In this document: piece after piece, positions 1 to 9,096 of the stretch
How the letters are laid out: every line of letters begins with the position of its first letter
Position numbering within the stretch: the stretch's first letter is position 1
Source of the DNA: Calditrichia bacterium
GTDB taxonomy: Bacteria > Calditrichota > Calditrichia > RBG-13-44-9
Direction of reading: 5' to 3'
Assembly: GCA_037381445.1 (NCBI GenBank)
Contig: JARRQT010000012.1
Coordinates: forward strand, 1-40,018
Length of the DNA stretch: 40,018 bases
Position numbers and translations under genes: made by a program
Notes under the pieces: generated by a model
Database searches by the model: none
What the model saw: only the letters and a program-made list of their open reading frames with translations
What the model was told of the DNA's origin: nothing

Positions 1-576
1 TATAGGAAACATACCCACGAAGGAAGAAAACTGCGGATTCAGAAGATTCCCTTCCATCACTTTTCCGGTAATGGGATTTGGCCGGTCAAGGACTACGTAA
101 GGTTTTCCCTGTTCGGCGGCGGCTTCCATGGCCAGCGCCATGGTAGAAATGTAGGTGTAGTATCGCGCGCCGATGCCCTGGATATCAAAAACCAGAATAT
201 CCACATTCTTCAGCATTTCCGGCGTCGGCTTGCGCGTAGTCCCGTACAAGCTGTAAACGGGAATTTGCCGTGAACTGTCCAGATCCGAGTTGATCGTATC
301 GCCGGCGGAGGCCTTGCCCCCGATACCATGCTCGGGACCAAAAAGAGCTGTTATCCGGACATCTTTCAGCTCGCGAAATACGTCGGTGATATAACGGCCT
401 TTGGAGTCGTAGCCGGTATGATTGGTAATGATGCCAACCCGCCTGTTTTTAAAGAGGTCATGGAATTCGCTGACACGGTCCAGGCCGGTCTGCACGGTGA
501 CCTTCGGCTGGGTGGAAGAGCCGCAGCCCAGCAACAGGGCTGACAAAATGAAAGGAAAGAAGGTTTTGATTTTCAT
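1..576 (-). CDS. namZ: Exo-beta-N-acetylmuramidase NamZ (DUF1343/YbbC) lipoprotein; 3' end runs off the window
   Basis: Absent from the ORF track; translated by hand from ATG 576 (GAGG upstream). It reads MKIKTFFPFILSALLLG-C (lipobox), then VQTGLD, RVGIITNHTG, LFGPEHG, IPVYSLYG, KPTPEML, FDIQGIGARYYTY and VLDRPNPI, which are DUF1343 motifs. Confidence 0.93.
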   Translation of the reverse strand, partial: MKIKTFFPFILSALLLGCGSSTQPKVTVQTGLDRVSEFHDLFKNRRVGIITNHTGYDSKGRYITDVFRELKDVRITALFGPEHGIGGKASAGDTINSDLDSSRQIPVYSLYGTTRKPTPEMLKNVDILVFDIQGIGARYYTYISTMALAMEAAAEQGKPYVVLDRPNPITGKVMEGNLLNPQFSSFVGMFPI

Positions 577-622
577 GACGAGTCTTCCTCTTTTTTTGTT
601 TTTTCAATTTTATTTTAAAATG

Positions 623-3203
623 TCATCGAATCAAAATCATCTTATGACTTTTGGAATAATTACCGGCTTTCAGACGATAGATGTAGACCCCGCTGGCAAC
701 CGGGACGCCCCGATCGTCGTTGCCGTCCCAGAGAACCTCATAGAAACCCGCTGCCTGCCTATCGTCCAGTAATAAACGGATTTTTCTTCCCAGCAGATCA
801 AAGATGGTAAGCTGCACCTTGACCGATCTGGCAAGGCGGTAGGTGAGGGTAGTGGATGGATTAAACGGGTTTGGAAAATTCTGATCCAAAGCGAATGAAC
901 CGGAAAGGGAAATGGGTTCTTTGCCATCAATGCCCACCGGAGTGTCAAAATCGAGTACGTTTGCCATGATGTCGTAGCCGGTATTAAAATCGGACGGGGT
1001 TCCCTGGTTGTCCTGCCAGACGCAGTAGATATTTTTCCCCTGCAATTTGACATCCGGAGAATGCTGCGTTCTGCTCTTCCCGGTTGTTATTTGAAAGTTT
1101 TTTCCAATGGGGGTGCCTTGCGCGGAAAATCTCTGGCCGAACATTTCCCATAGATCAGCGCCTGTATTCCCCGATTCCCAGACGATCACAAAATCTCCCG
1201 TCTCATTAAATGCAATGACCGGATTTCTCAGTTCAGCATTGACAAAGGCCGGCCTGTCGCTTATCCGAATGACGGAATCCACTCTTGCCCCTGATCTTGA
1301 AAAGCGCTGCATAACCAAATTTTTCGTGCTATCTACTTGATTATATTCATACCAGCACATCAGAAAATCTCCCGAGGGGGCTATAGCCAGACCAGGGAAA
1401 AAACAGTGGCATTCATTGTCTGGGCTGACCAGAAAGTTGCCGCCCATTTTTTGACCATCGCTTGCATACAACTGGGCATAAATTGCACCTATCCCATTCC
1501 TGTTATCACTCCAGGCAAAAACAGTCTGCCCGTCAGGCCACATCGCCACAGACGGAGAAAAATGATCAACTTCTGCTGAATCGGCATTAACAATAAAATT
1601 GGGTCCCACGGGTTTTCCCATGTTTGTAAATCTTTGTCCAAATATTTTGCCATAGATTGTATTGACAGACTGGCTCCACCCGATGATAATATTTCCCAGG
1701 GAATCCGTTGCTGTGGACAGTGAAGATTCAATTAATCGTATACGGTTGCTGTTTTCATTTACCTTAAAAATCTCTCCCTGCGGACTGGCATCATCCGTAA
1801 AAAGCTGTGCATATACATTCCAGTCATAGTTTGACGGGCCACGGCCGAGCCAGGCGATCAAAAAGTTGCCGGATTCAGATTTAACACCCACAGGAGCATA
1901 ATTCTCATCGGGAATATCAGACCCGACCGTATACGGCGAGTCGAGGGGAGTGCCGTCTGCGGAGAATTTCTGAACATAAATATCGGGATTGCCGTTTCGA
2001 TAATCCTGCCAGGTCACCGTAAATTCACCATTCTGGTTCAAAATCAATGAAGGATGGGTCTGATCAGCACAGGAGAGGCTGTCGTCATTGATCTTTACGG
2101 GTGTATCGAGCGGCTCACCCGTTTTCGAGAATTTTTGTGCGTATATGTTATCGTAATAAATGTCATGGAGAAACGAATCTCCTTCACTCCAGGTAAATAT
2201 AAAATCACCGTTGCCAGCGCTGGCGACACCCGGATATTTCTGCGAGTTTGAATCATTCCAGCTAGGGATAATAAAAGGATCACCCGCCGGCGAGCTGTCA
2301 TCATTAAACAGGCGGGCGCAGATCGTTCTGTCGGATAAATCTGTCGGGTCCCACGGCCAGGTGACCATAAAGTTGCCGGAATCCGAAGCGGCGACACCCA
2401 ATTGGGTCATATTTTTCTGACTGCTCATGTCTTCGGAAGCCACCTCAAAATTTTGCGCGGTTGTTCTTTGTCCGTATTTATCAAAACGCTGGCCATAAAC
2501 ATGGTAATCCGCTCCTGTCCAGACGACAATGAAATTATCGGACCTGTCAAATGAAATATCCTTTTCGGTCCATGTCGGGACTGCAGAATCGTCGTTTATC
2601 TTGAAGTTAAGGCCAAGGCGCTCTCCATTATTGGAAAATAACTGGGCATAGAGTCCCAGAGACGGCCCTCTGTTGTCAAACCAGGTAATTACAAAATTTC
2701 CCTGGCTGTCGCTTGAATTGGTTGATAAATCCGCTTGAATTGGCAACCAGCATTGTCTGGCTTGCCGGAGAGCCATCACTGGAGAAGCATCTGAAATAAA
2801 CATTACACTGTGAATATGGCGGATTTTTGATTCCTATCCAGGTCACCACAAAATTTCCACTGCTGTCCATCGCGCCCGACAGGAACCTGATGCCATCAAA
2901 CAGGCTGTCTCCGGTCAATTTGACGTTGGGGCCGGCTGGAGCGCCGCCTTCATCAAAAACCTGGGCGTAGATTGCCGGTTTAAGCTCCCGCATGTCAATC
3001 CAGGCGGCTGCCGACCTGCCTTTCCAGTTTGAGAAGATGCGGGGATCTATCTTCCAGGATCCTATTTTGCCTGAGTAATCATTTATCACCATGTCCGGCA
3101 AAACAGGATTCAGCGTCTGAGTATAAGCCGGTTTGGATACAAATAAAAGTGCAGAGAATGAAAAGCAAAAGGTCATACAAAATGTTATTCTTTTCATAGC
3201 CAT
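623..3203 (-). pseudogene. Frameshifted T9SS-secreted protein: about 13 beta-propeller-type repeats plus FlgD-Ig/type A CTD, split into ORFs 2676..3203 and 623..2803
   Basis: The upstream ORF has a signal peptide and two DxxGNFxxxW...YxQxFxxxG repeats. The same repeat continues in another frame from about 2710 (SDSQGNFVITW) and ends in QNFPNPFNPST...ASGVYIY...KMILIR. Confidence 0.85.
2710..2743. repeat. 12-bp direct repeat CGCTTGAATTGG x2 (period 22 bp) at the frameshift site
   Basis: Exact copies at 2710-2721 and 2732-2743. Confidence 0.9.
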
Positions 3204-3222
3204 AGAACCTTTCGTTTATGTC

Positions 3223-4329
3223 TCAGATTTTTATAAAGATTCTTTTTCTGAACATAATGCCTGCTATTAAAAGAAAGAATAGTACATTGACAATCGCAAA
3301 TGCCAGCGAGGCGTTGACGGGGCTTGTCCAGGGCATGAAGAGATTGCTAAATATCCAGTTTTTCAGGGCAACGGAATTCCCGCCTTCTCCCGCCCATTTT
3401 ATAATATTCATGCTTCTGGCCAGCACACCGGCGAGCACGAATACGGCAATGGCATTCATTCCGTACATAATGGCAGGATACGCCCATCTGCGGATTCCCT
3501 TGACATCGATCAGCCAGTAGCAGAAGCCCAGAAACTGCAGCGCTGCTCCGGATGTAAATACAACATAAGAACTGGTCCATAGGGATTTGTTGATGGGGAA
3601 GATGATATGCCAGAACATGCCTGTGACAATACCAATCCAGCCGACCACGAACATTCCCCCGGCGATTTCATTTTTCTCTTTTCCCGAATTTAGCCAGTGA
3701 CCGGTCAGCACGCCGGTAAGGGCGGTGGCAACAGCCGGAATGGTGCTCAGCAGACCTTCCGGGTCCCAGGTTTTGCTCTGGGCCCAGAGATGGCCGTGGA
3801 GAAGCAGATTGTCAATAAAAGCGGCCAGGTTTCCTTCCGGTGTCAGTTGACCGGCTCCATGTCCGGGGACAGGTATCAGTTTCATCAGCGCCCAATAAGC
3901 CAGCAAGACGGCGCCGGTGATCCAGACCTGGGTCCGCAGGTGCGTATTCATGGTTATAAGAGCTGTTATGCCATAAACAACGGCGATCCGCTGCAGCACA
4001 CCTGGAATGCGCAGGCCGGAAAGTTCAAAAAAGGGAAAGGCGTTGAGAAAAAGCCCCAGTCCGAAAAGAATGAGAGTCCTTTTCAGTATTTTCAGATAGA
4101 CATACTTTCTGTCATGCAGGGCGAGCTGTTTTTTCTGAGCAAGGGTAATGGCCACTCCGACAATGAACAGAAAGAATGGAAAAATTAGGTCAGTGGGCGT
4201 CCAGCCGTGCCAGGCGGCATGGCGAAGCGGCGCATAGACGTGCCCCCAGCTTCCCGGATTATTGACCAGTATCATGCCGGCAATGGTGATCCCGCGGAAT
4301 GCATCAAGGGATTCCAGGCGTTTTTGCAT
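3223..4329 (-). CDS. nagX: NagX / heparan-alpha-glucosaminide N-acetyltransferase (HGSNAT, DUF5009-like) multi-TM membrane protein
   Basis: Motifs RLESLDAFRG, MILVNNPG, LRHAAWHG, DLIFPFFLFIVG, PGVLQRIA, DPEGLLST, PINKSLWTSSY and GMNAI; many TM helices; AGGA RBS. Confidence 0.88.
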   Translation of the reverse strand: MQKRLESLDAFRGITIAGMILVNNPGSWGHVYAPLRHAAWHGWTPTDLIFPFFLFIVGVAITLAQKKQLALHDRKYVYLKILKRTLILFGLGLFLNAFPFFELSGLRIPGVLQRIAVVYGITALITMNTHLRTQVWITGAVLLAYWALMKLIPVPGHGAGQLTPEGNLAAFIDNLLLHGHLWAQSKTWDPEGLLSTIPAVATALTGVLTGHWLNSGKEKNEIAGGMFVVGWIGIVTGMFWHIIFPINKSLWTSSYVVFTSGAALQFLGFCYWLIDVKGIRRWAYPAIMYGMNAIAVFVLAGVLARSMNIIKWAGEGGNSVALKNWIFSNLFMPWTSPVNASLAFAIVNVLFFLLIAGIMFRKRIFIKI

Positions 4330-4822
4330 GGGATTCCTTTCCGGTTACTATTCATCAGATTTAATCGATCTATGAGGCAAAATTTTTTAAAAGCAGAACT
4401 ATCCCTTTTGATCAGTCGTGATATTAACATCCTGAAGTTAGCAGAGAAAAGGTATCATATTCAAGTATTAATCCGCTAAATATTTCTATTATTTTTGCAG
4501 CCGGTAAAATTTCATGGAAATGAGCCAAATTAACGCATCTTTTTATCTTTAATTGTATTTAAATATCCTATTATGTCCCCGCAAACAATTTAGACCCTTA
4601 CTTTTCCGGCAATTCTCTTGAAGCTATTTTCCTCAAAAATATATCTCACTCAGGTGAATAATGGGACCAAAGAAAAATTCGATTTCAACATATCTGATGG
4701 ATCTGATCAAAGTTTCATTATTTTGAAATTTAGAGAGACGTAACTTCGGTAAAATCATCGGTCGCATTTAAAATGCCGGATTACCATACGGCTGTTCTTT
4801 TTCGAAAAAATTTATCTTCTGC

Positions 4823-4851
4823 TTGCAAATTATATGTGGCATATTTATACT
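4823..4851 (+). promoter_or_regulatory. Putative sigma70-type promoter for the rightward operon
   Basis: TTGCAA (4823-4828), 17 bp spacer, TATACT (4846-4851). It lies in the AT-rich divergent intergenic region and is overlapped by the inverted repeat TGCAAAT...ATTTGCA (4824-4860). Confidence 0.5.
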
Positions 4852-5148
4852 ATATTTGCATTGCATTTTTTATATTTAATAGCAATTCCAAGATACTTTT
4901 TGGACGCATTAAAATAATCTTTTCAGTAACCAGAGAAACATATCTAATCAGGTCCAGGTGCTAATTTAGTATTAAAGCTGGTTAAAATAAATGTAGAAAA
5001 TGAAGCGCAAAAATTGTTCATTTATACAGGTTCATTGAGAGGATGAGGTTAAGCAGTTTAATTTGTTCGTTAATTAAGACTGAAAGGAAATTGTCTATTC
5101 AAACTGTGATACCTTGACTTTACCTGCTGAATTTTCCAACAACAATTC

Positions 5149-6087
5149 GTGATAATTTTTTTGGTTTTGGAATATAGCTGTCTGGAGCGTGTTATCCGGA
5201 AATTAAGAAAAGGTCCGGGTAACATATCCGTTCTTGGCCGGAGGTTACTGTCCATTCTGATAGGCGAGCTGACTGATGAGCTTCTCCGGGGGCGGAAAAC
5301 CGATGAAATCGCAGGCGCCACGTTTGCTTTCGCCGGGGCGGGGAGAGTCCCGGAAAAGCGGATGGCAGGCGAGGTTATACAAGAAGCAGGGATCAAGAAC
5401 TTTACGATTATGACAGATGCCGAAATTTTACATTACTCCATATTTGGCGAGCAGGCGGGTATCCTGATATCAGCCGGTACGGGTTCGGTTTGCCTGGTAA
5501 AACGGAAGGACCTGGGCTACCTTCAGCTTGGCGGATGGGGGTATCTGCTCGGCGACGAGGGAAGCGGATTTCATATTGGAAATCTGGCCATTCGCCGGGT
5601 ACTGCATAATGCTCAAAAGGGAAATGTCAATACCGGCTTCACTCAAAAAATACTCTCATTCTATAATATTGACCATCCCAGAAACATTATATCCGCCATT
5701 TATTCTTCTTCAAATCCGTCAAACCTGGTGGCTTCCTGCGCCAGGCTGGTTTGCGAGCTTGCCGAGGCGGGAGATGCTGAAGCAGACAGCATCATCATGA
5801 GCGCGGCGGAAGTACTGGTGGATTTGGCCCAGCAGGCGATCCTTTATTATGATTTGAATGAATCCGAGAAATACCGGATATCCCTGGCAGGCAGCATCCT
5901 GGCGGATGTTTCCGCTGTTAACAGAAAATTCAGGGAAATTGCCCTGAAAAGGAATCTGAAACTGGAATACATCGCTCAGGAAATGGAGCCTTCGGCTGCT
6001 GCGGTGCTGCACGCAATGAAGATGGCGGATGCCGAAATTCCCGGTTCACTGACAGGCAAATTAAAATCCTTACGCTTCAATAATTGA
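5149..6087 (+). CDS. BadF/BadG/BcrA/BcrD-family amino-sugar kinase (MurK/GlcNAc kinase-like), apparently 5'-truncated
   Basis: GPGN, FAGAG, TDAE, ISAGTGS and GGWGYLLGDEGSG are present. The N-terminal GIDGGGTKT phosphate-1 motif is absent and the start is uncertain (GTG with no clear RBS). Confidence 0.82.
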   Translation: MIIFLVLEYSCLERVIRKLRKGPGNISVLGRRLLSILIGELTDELLRGRKTDEIAGATFAFAGAGRVPEKRMAGEVIQEAGIKNFTIMTDAEILHYSIFGEQAGILISAGTGSVCLVKRKDLGYLQLGGWGYLLGDEGSGFHIGNLAIRRVLHNAQKGNVNTGFTQKILSFYNIDHPRNIISAIYSSSNPSNLVASCARLVCELAEAGDAEADSIIMSAAEVLVDLAQQAILYYDLNESEKYRISLAGSILADVSAVNRKFREIALKRNLKLEYIAQEMEPSAAAVLHAMKMADAEIPGSLTGKLKSLRFNN

Positions 6088-6157
6088 TAATCAAGAAGAG
6101 GTCATTATAAACCGGCAGTTAAACCATTTTTCATATTCAACAAGGAAAAAGGAAATC

Positions 6158-9043
6158 ATGACACTCGTACGTCCGGAAATGAAAAGAAAGAAATATGCGT
6201 TCCTTATCTTCTTTATGCTTATGCTTTTGATTAGTTGTGCAGGTGTTCGACAGAAAGAGCCCGGAAACCGGGTGGACCAGCAGCTCCGTTCCATGAGTCT
6301 GGAACAAAAGATTGGTCAGATGATGGTTTACGGGTATACACCTCATTTCCCCAACGATGAAGACGGCCAGTTCCGGCATCTGGAAAGGCTGGTGAAGAAC
6401 TATCATCTTGGAGGACTTATTTTATGGAGAGGCGATCCCTATACGGCGGCTCGAACGATTGAAAAAATCCAATCTGTTTCCGAAATCCCCCTGATGATTA
6501 TGGCTGATATGGAATGGGGTGTTACGATGCGCGTCAATGAGGGCACCACTTTCCTGCCCAACATGGCGATCGGGGCCACGAATTCGGAGGAATATGCCTA
6601 TCAAATGGGTAAAATCAGCGCGGAAGAAGCCCGTGCTGTGGGGATACATGTCAATTTTGCACCGGTCATGGATGTCAATAATAATCCGGATAATATTATC
6701 ATCAACACCCGTTCCTACGGTGAGGACCCGGCACTGGTTTCAAAACTGGGGGCAGCCTTTATCCGGGGCACACAGGAGAATGGGATTATTGCCTGCGCAA
6801 AACATTATCCGGGACACGGCGACACGGATGTGGATTCTCACTTGGGACTTCCCACAATTGCGGCAAGCAGTGAACGACTGAATGAAGTGGAACTCGTTCC
6901 TTTCCAGGCGGCTGTGGACGCCGGCGTTAAGATGGTGATGGTAGCGCATATTACCTACAGTGATTTTCCGCAGATGGAAGGGCGCCCGGCCACACTCGAT
7001 CCCTATTTTATTAAGGATGTCCTGCGGAAAAAGATGGGATTCAAAGGTCTTGTGGTCACCGATGCGATGGGAATGGGAGGCGTTGTGAATAATTACTGGT
7101 CAGGCCAGGCAGCGGTCATGGCCATAAATGCCGGGATTGATTTGGTGCTGGATTCCCCTAATTTTGAACCGACCTTCAAATTCGTGCTGCAGGCTGCCAG
7201 AGACGGCCGCATTTCCATGGATAGAATTAATGAAGCGGTCCGCCGGATACTTGAAGCGAAACAGGAGTTGGGCCTTGAAAAGAAGCCCGTCATGAACTGG
7301 CAGCACTTCGAAAAAGTATTTGCCAAACCTGAAAACAGGGCGCAAAGCGAAGATATCGCAGACGCCGCCATAACCCTTCTGCGTGATGAAAAAAATGTGA
7401 TTCCGTTCAAAGCGGACCGCTTGGACAGCGTCCTGGTAGTGGCAATTACCGACAGGGAGTGGAGCTATACCTATCGCGATATGCTTGAGCGTGAAGTGTC
7501 CCGGAGAATCCCTTATGTCCGGAGCGCCCTGATAGATCCACGTTCTTCTGCCGAAGAAATAAAAGAGATAATTAGCGAAGCAGATTCGTCGCAGGCTGTT
7601 ATTGCAGGGCTTTTTATCACCTGGGGAAGTTATAAAGGTTCGGTGACCATGCCGGACACCACGGTAAAGCTGCTCCATGAATTATTCAGCATTGAAAAAC
7701 CAATGGCTGTCGTTTCTTACGGCTCACCGTATCTGATCCGACAGATTCCGGAAGTGCCGACCTATTTATGCGCCTATGCAACTGATCATCTTGCCGTGCG
7801 GTCTTCTATGAAAGCCGTTTTTGGGGAAATTCCCCTGAACGCAAAAATCCCGGTGTCAATTCCGGCACTGGCCGAAATCGGTGATGGTTTATCGAGACCG
7901 CCATATGATATGGAACTGGTAAAGGAAATTGATGATGATTTTATGGCGGACGCCTACCAGTCAATCGATCAGGCGATTGCCGATTCCGTTTTTCCGGGGG
8001 CCCAGATTGCGGTGGTGCATGACGGAAAACTGATCGCCAGCCGCAGCTTCGGACATCAAACCTATGATGCCGATTCTCCTGAAATTACCAGTGAAACCAT
8101 GTACGATCTTGCCTCGGTGACAAAGGTTATTGCCACCACAGCCATCGCTATGCGGCTTTATGAACAGAAGAAACTCAGACTAGATATACCTGTCAAAAGT
8201 TATCTGCCGCAGTTTTCGGGGGGAATGAAAGATTCTGTTACCGTCCGCCACCTTCTGACCCATTCTGCCGGAATTCTCTGGTGGGATGCCCTCTGGAAAA
8301 ATGCCAAAACAAAGGAGGAGGCCCTCAATTATATTTATTCGCTTCCTCTTGTTTATGCGCCCGGAGATTCCATGATCTACTCCGACCTGGGACTCATTAT
8401 GGTCGGTCAGATTATCGAAACCGTTACCGGCAGATCGTTGGATCAGCTTGCCAGGCAAATGATTTATGAACCGATGGGTATGACAGAGACGATGTTCAAT
8501 CCGCCCAAAAGCTTGTTGTCCCGAATTGCCCCCACAGAAATCGGCGGCAGTATGAACCGCGGTCTCATTCATGGTGAAGTCCATGATGAAAATGCCTTTT
8601 TCCTGGGGGGTGTTTCCGCCCACGCGGGATTATTTTCTACTGCGCAAGATCTGGCAAAATTTTCTCAAATGCTTTTAAATGGCGGAATTTATAAAAATAA
8701 ACGGTTTTACTCACCAGAGACAATTAAATATTGGACGACTGCACAGAATATTCCGCCGGGCAGCAATCGGGCCCTGGGATGGGATACTCCCTCTGCGAAA
8801 GGCTCTTCGGCTGGCGACTATTTCTCGACTGGAAGTTTTGGACACCTGGGTTTTACCGGTACCTCTATCTGGATTGATCCGAACCGAAAGATTGCGATTG
8901 TGCTTTTAACGAACCGTGTTTATCCAAGCAGGGAGAAAAAAGGAATTTATGGAGCCCGGCGGGAATTCTATAATAGGGCCATGAAGGCCCTGCTTCAAAA
9001 AATGGGGCTGAATATTAATGCGGAAACCGTCGCTGCGGACTGA
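6158..9043 (+). CDS. nagZ: Lipoprotein fusion: GH3 beta-N-acetylglucosaminidase (NagZ) plus C-terminal beta-lactamase-fold serine hydrolase (AmiE-like)
   Basis: Lipobox LLIS-C; NagZ signature KHYPGHGDTDVDSH; nucleophile motif VTDAM. The C-terminal domain has LASVTK (SxxK), YSDLG, GEVHDENA, HAGLFS and GHLGFTG. Confidence 0.93.
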   Translation: MTLVRPEMKRKKYAFLIFFMLMLLISCAGVRQKEPGNRVDQQLRSMSLEQKIGQMMVYGYTPHFPNDEDGQFRHLERLVKNYHLGGLILWRGDPYTAARTIEKIQSVSEIPLMIMADMEWGVTMRVNEGTTFLPNMAIGATNSEEYAYQMGKISAEEARAVGIHVNFAPVMDVNNNPDNIIINTRSYGEDPALVSKLGAAFIRGTQENGIIACAKHYPGHGDTDVDSHLGLPTIAASSERLNEVELVPFQAAVDAGVKMVMVAHITYSDFPQMEGRPATLDPYFIKDVLRKKMGFKGLVVTDAMGMGGVVNNYWSGQAAVMAINAGIDLVLDSPNFEPTFKFVLQAARDGRISMDRINEAVRRILEAKQELGLEKKPVMNWQHFEKVFAKPENRAQSEDIADAAITLLRDEKNVIPFKADRLDSVLVVAITDREWSYTYRDMLEREVSRRIPYVRSALIDPRSSAEEIKEIISEADSSQAVIAGLFITWGSYKGSVTMPDTTVKLLHELFSIEKPMAVVSYGSPYLIRQIPEVPTYLCAYATDHLAVRSSMKAVFGEIPLNAKIPVSIPALAEIGDGLSRPPYDMELVKEIDDDFMADAYQSIDQAIADSVFPGAQIAVVHDGKLIASRSFGHQTYDADSPEITSETMYDLASVTKVIATTAIAMRLYEQKKLRLDIPVKSYLPQFSGGMKDSVTVRHLLTHSAGILWWDALWKNAKTKEEALNYIYSLPLVYAPGDSMIYSDLGLIMVGQIIETVTGRSLDQLARQMIYEPMGMTETMFNPPKSLLSRIAPTEIGGSMNRGLIHGEVHDENAFFLGGVSAHAGLFSTAQDLAKFSQMLLNGGIYKNKRFYSPETIKYWTTAQNIPPGSNRALGWDTPSAKGSSAGDYFSTGSFGHLGFTGTSIWIDPNRKIAIVLLTNRVYPSREKKGIYGARREFYNRAMKALLQKMGLNINAETVAAD

Positions 9044-9096
9044 TTGCTCCCATGTTATTTGAGTTTTAATTGATTTGATTATTGGAAGGATTTTGA

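Noticed and set aside
4330..5148. Long AT-rich spacer as a possible ncRNA, CRISPR array or IS remnant
   Set aside because: No regular repeats, terminal inverted repeats, transposase fragments or recognisable RNA motif were seen; it is best explained as a divergent promoter region.
7930..9043. Possible beta-lactam resistance gene
   Set aside because: The SxxK fold is fused to NagZ in a murein-catabolic operon; an AmiE-like role is more parsimonious.
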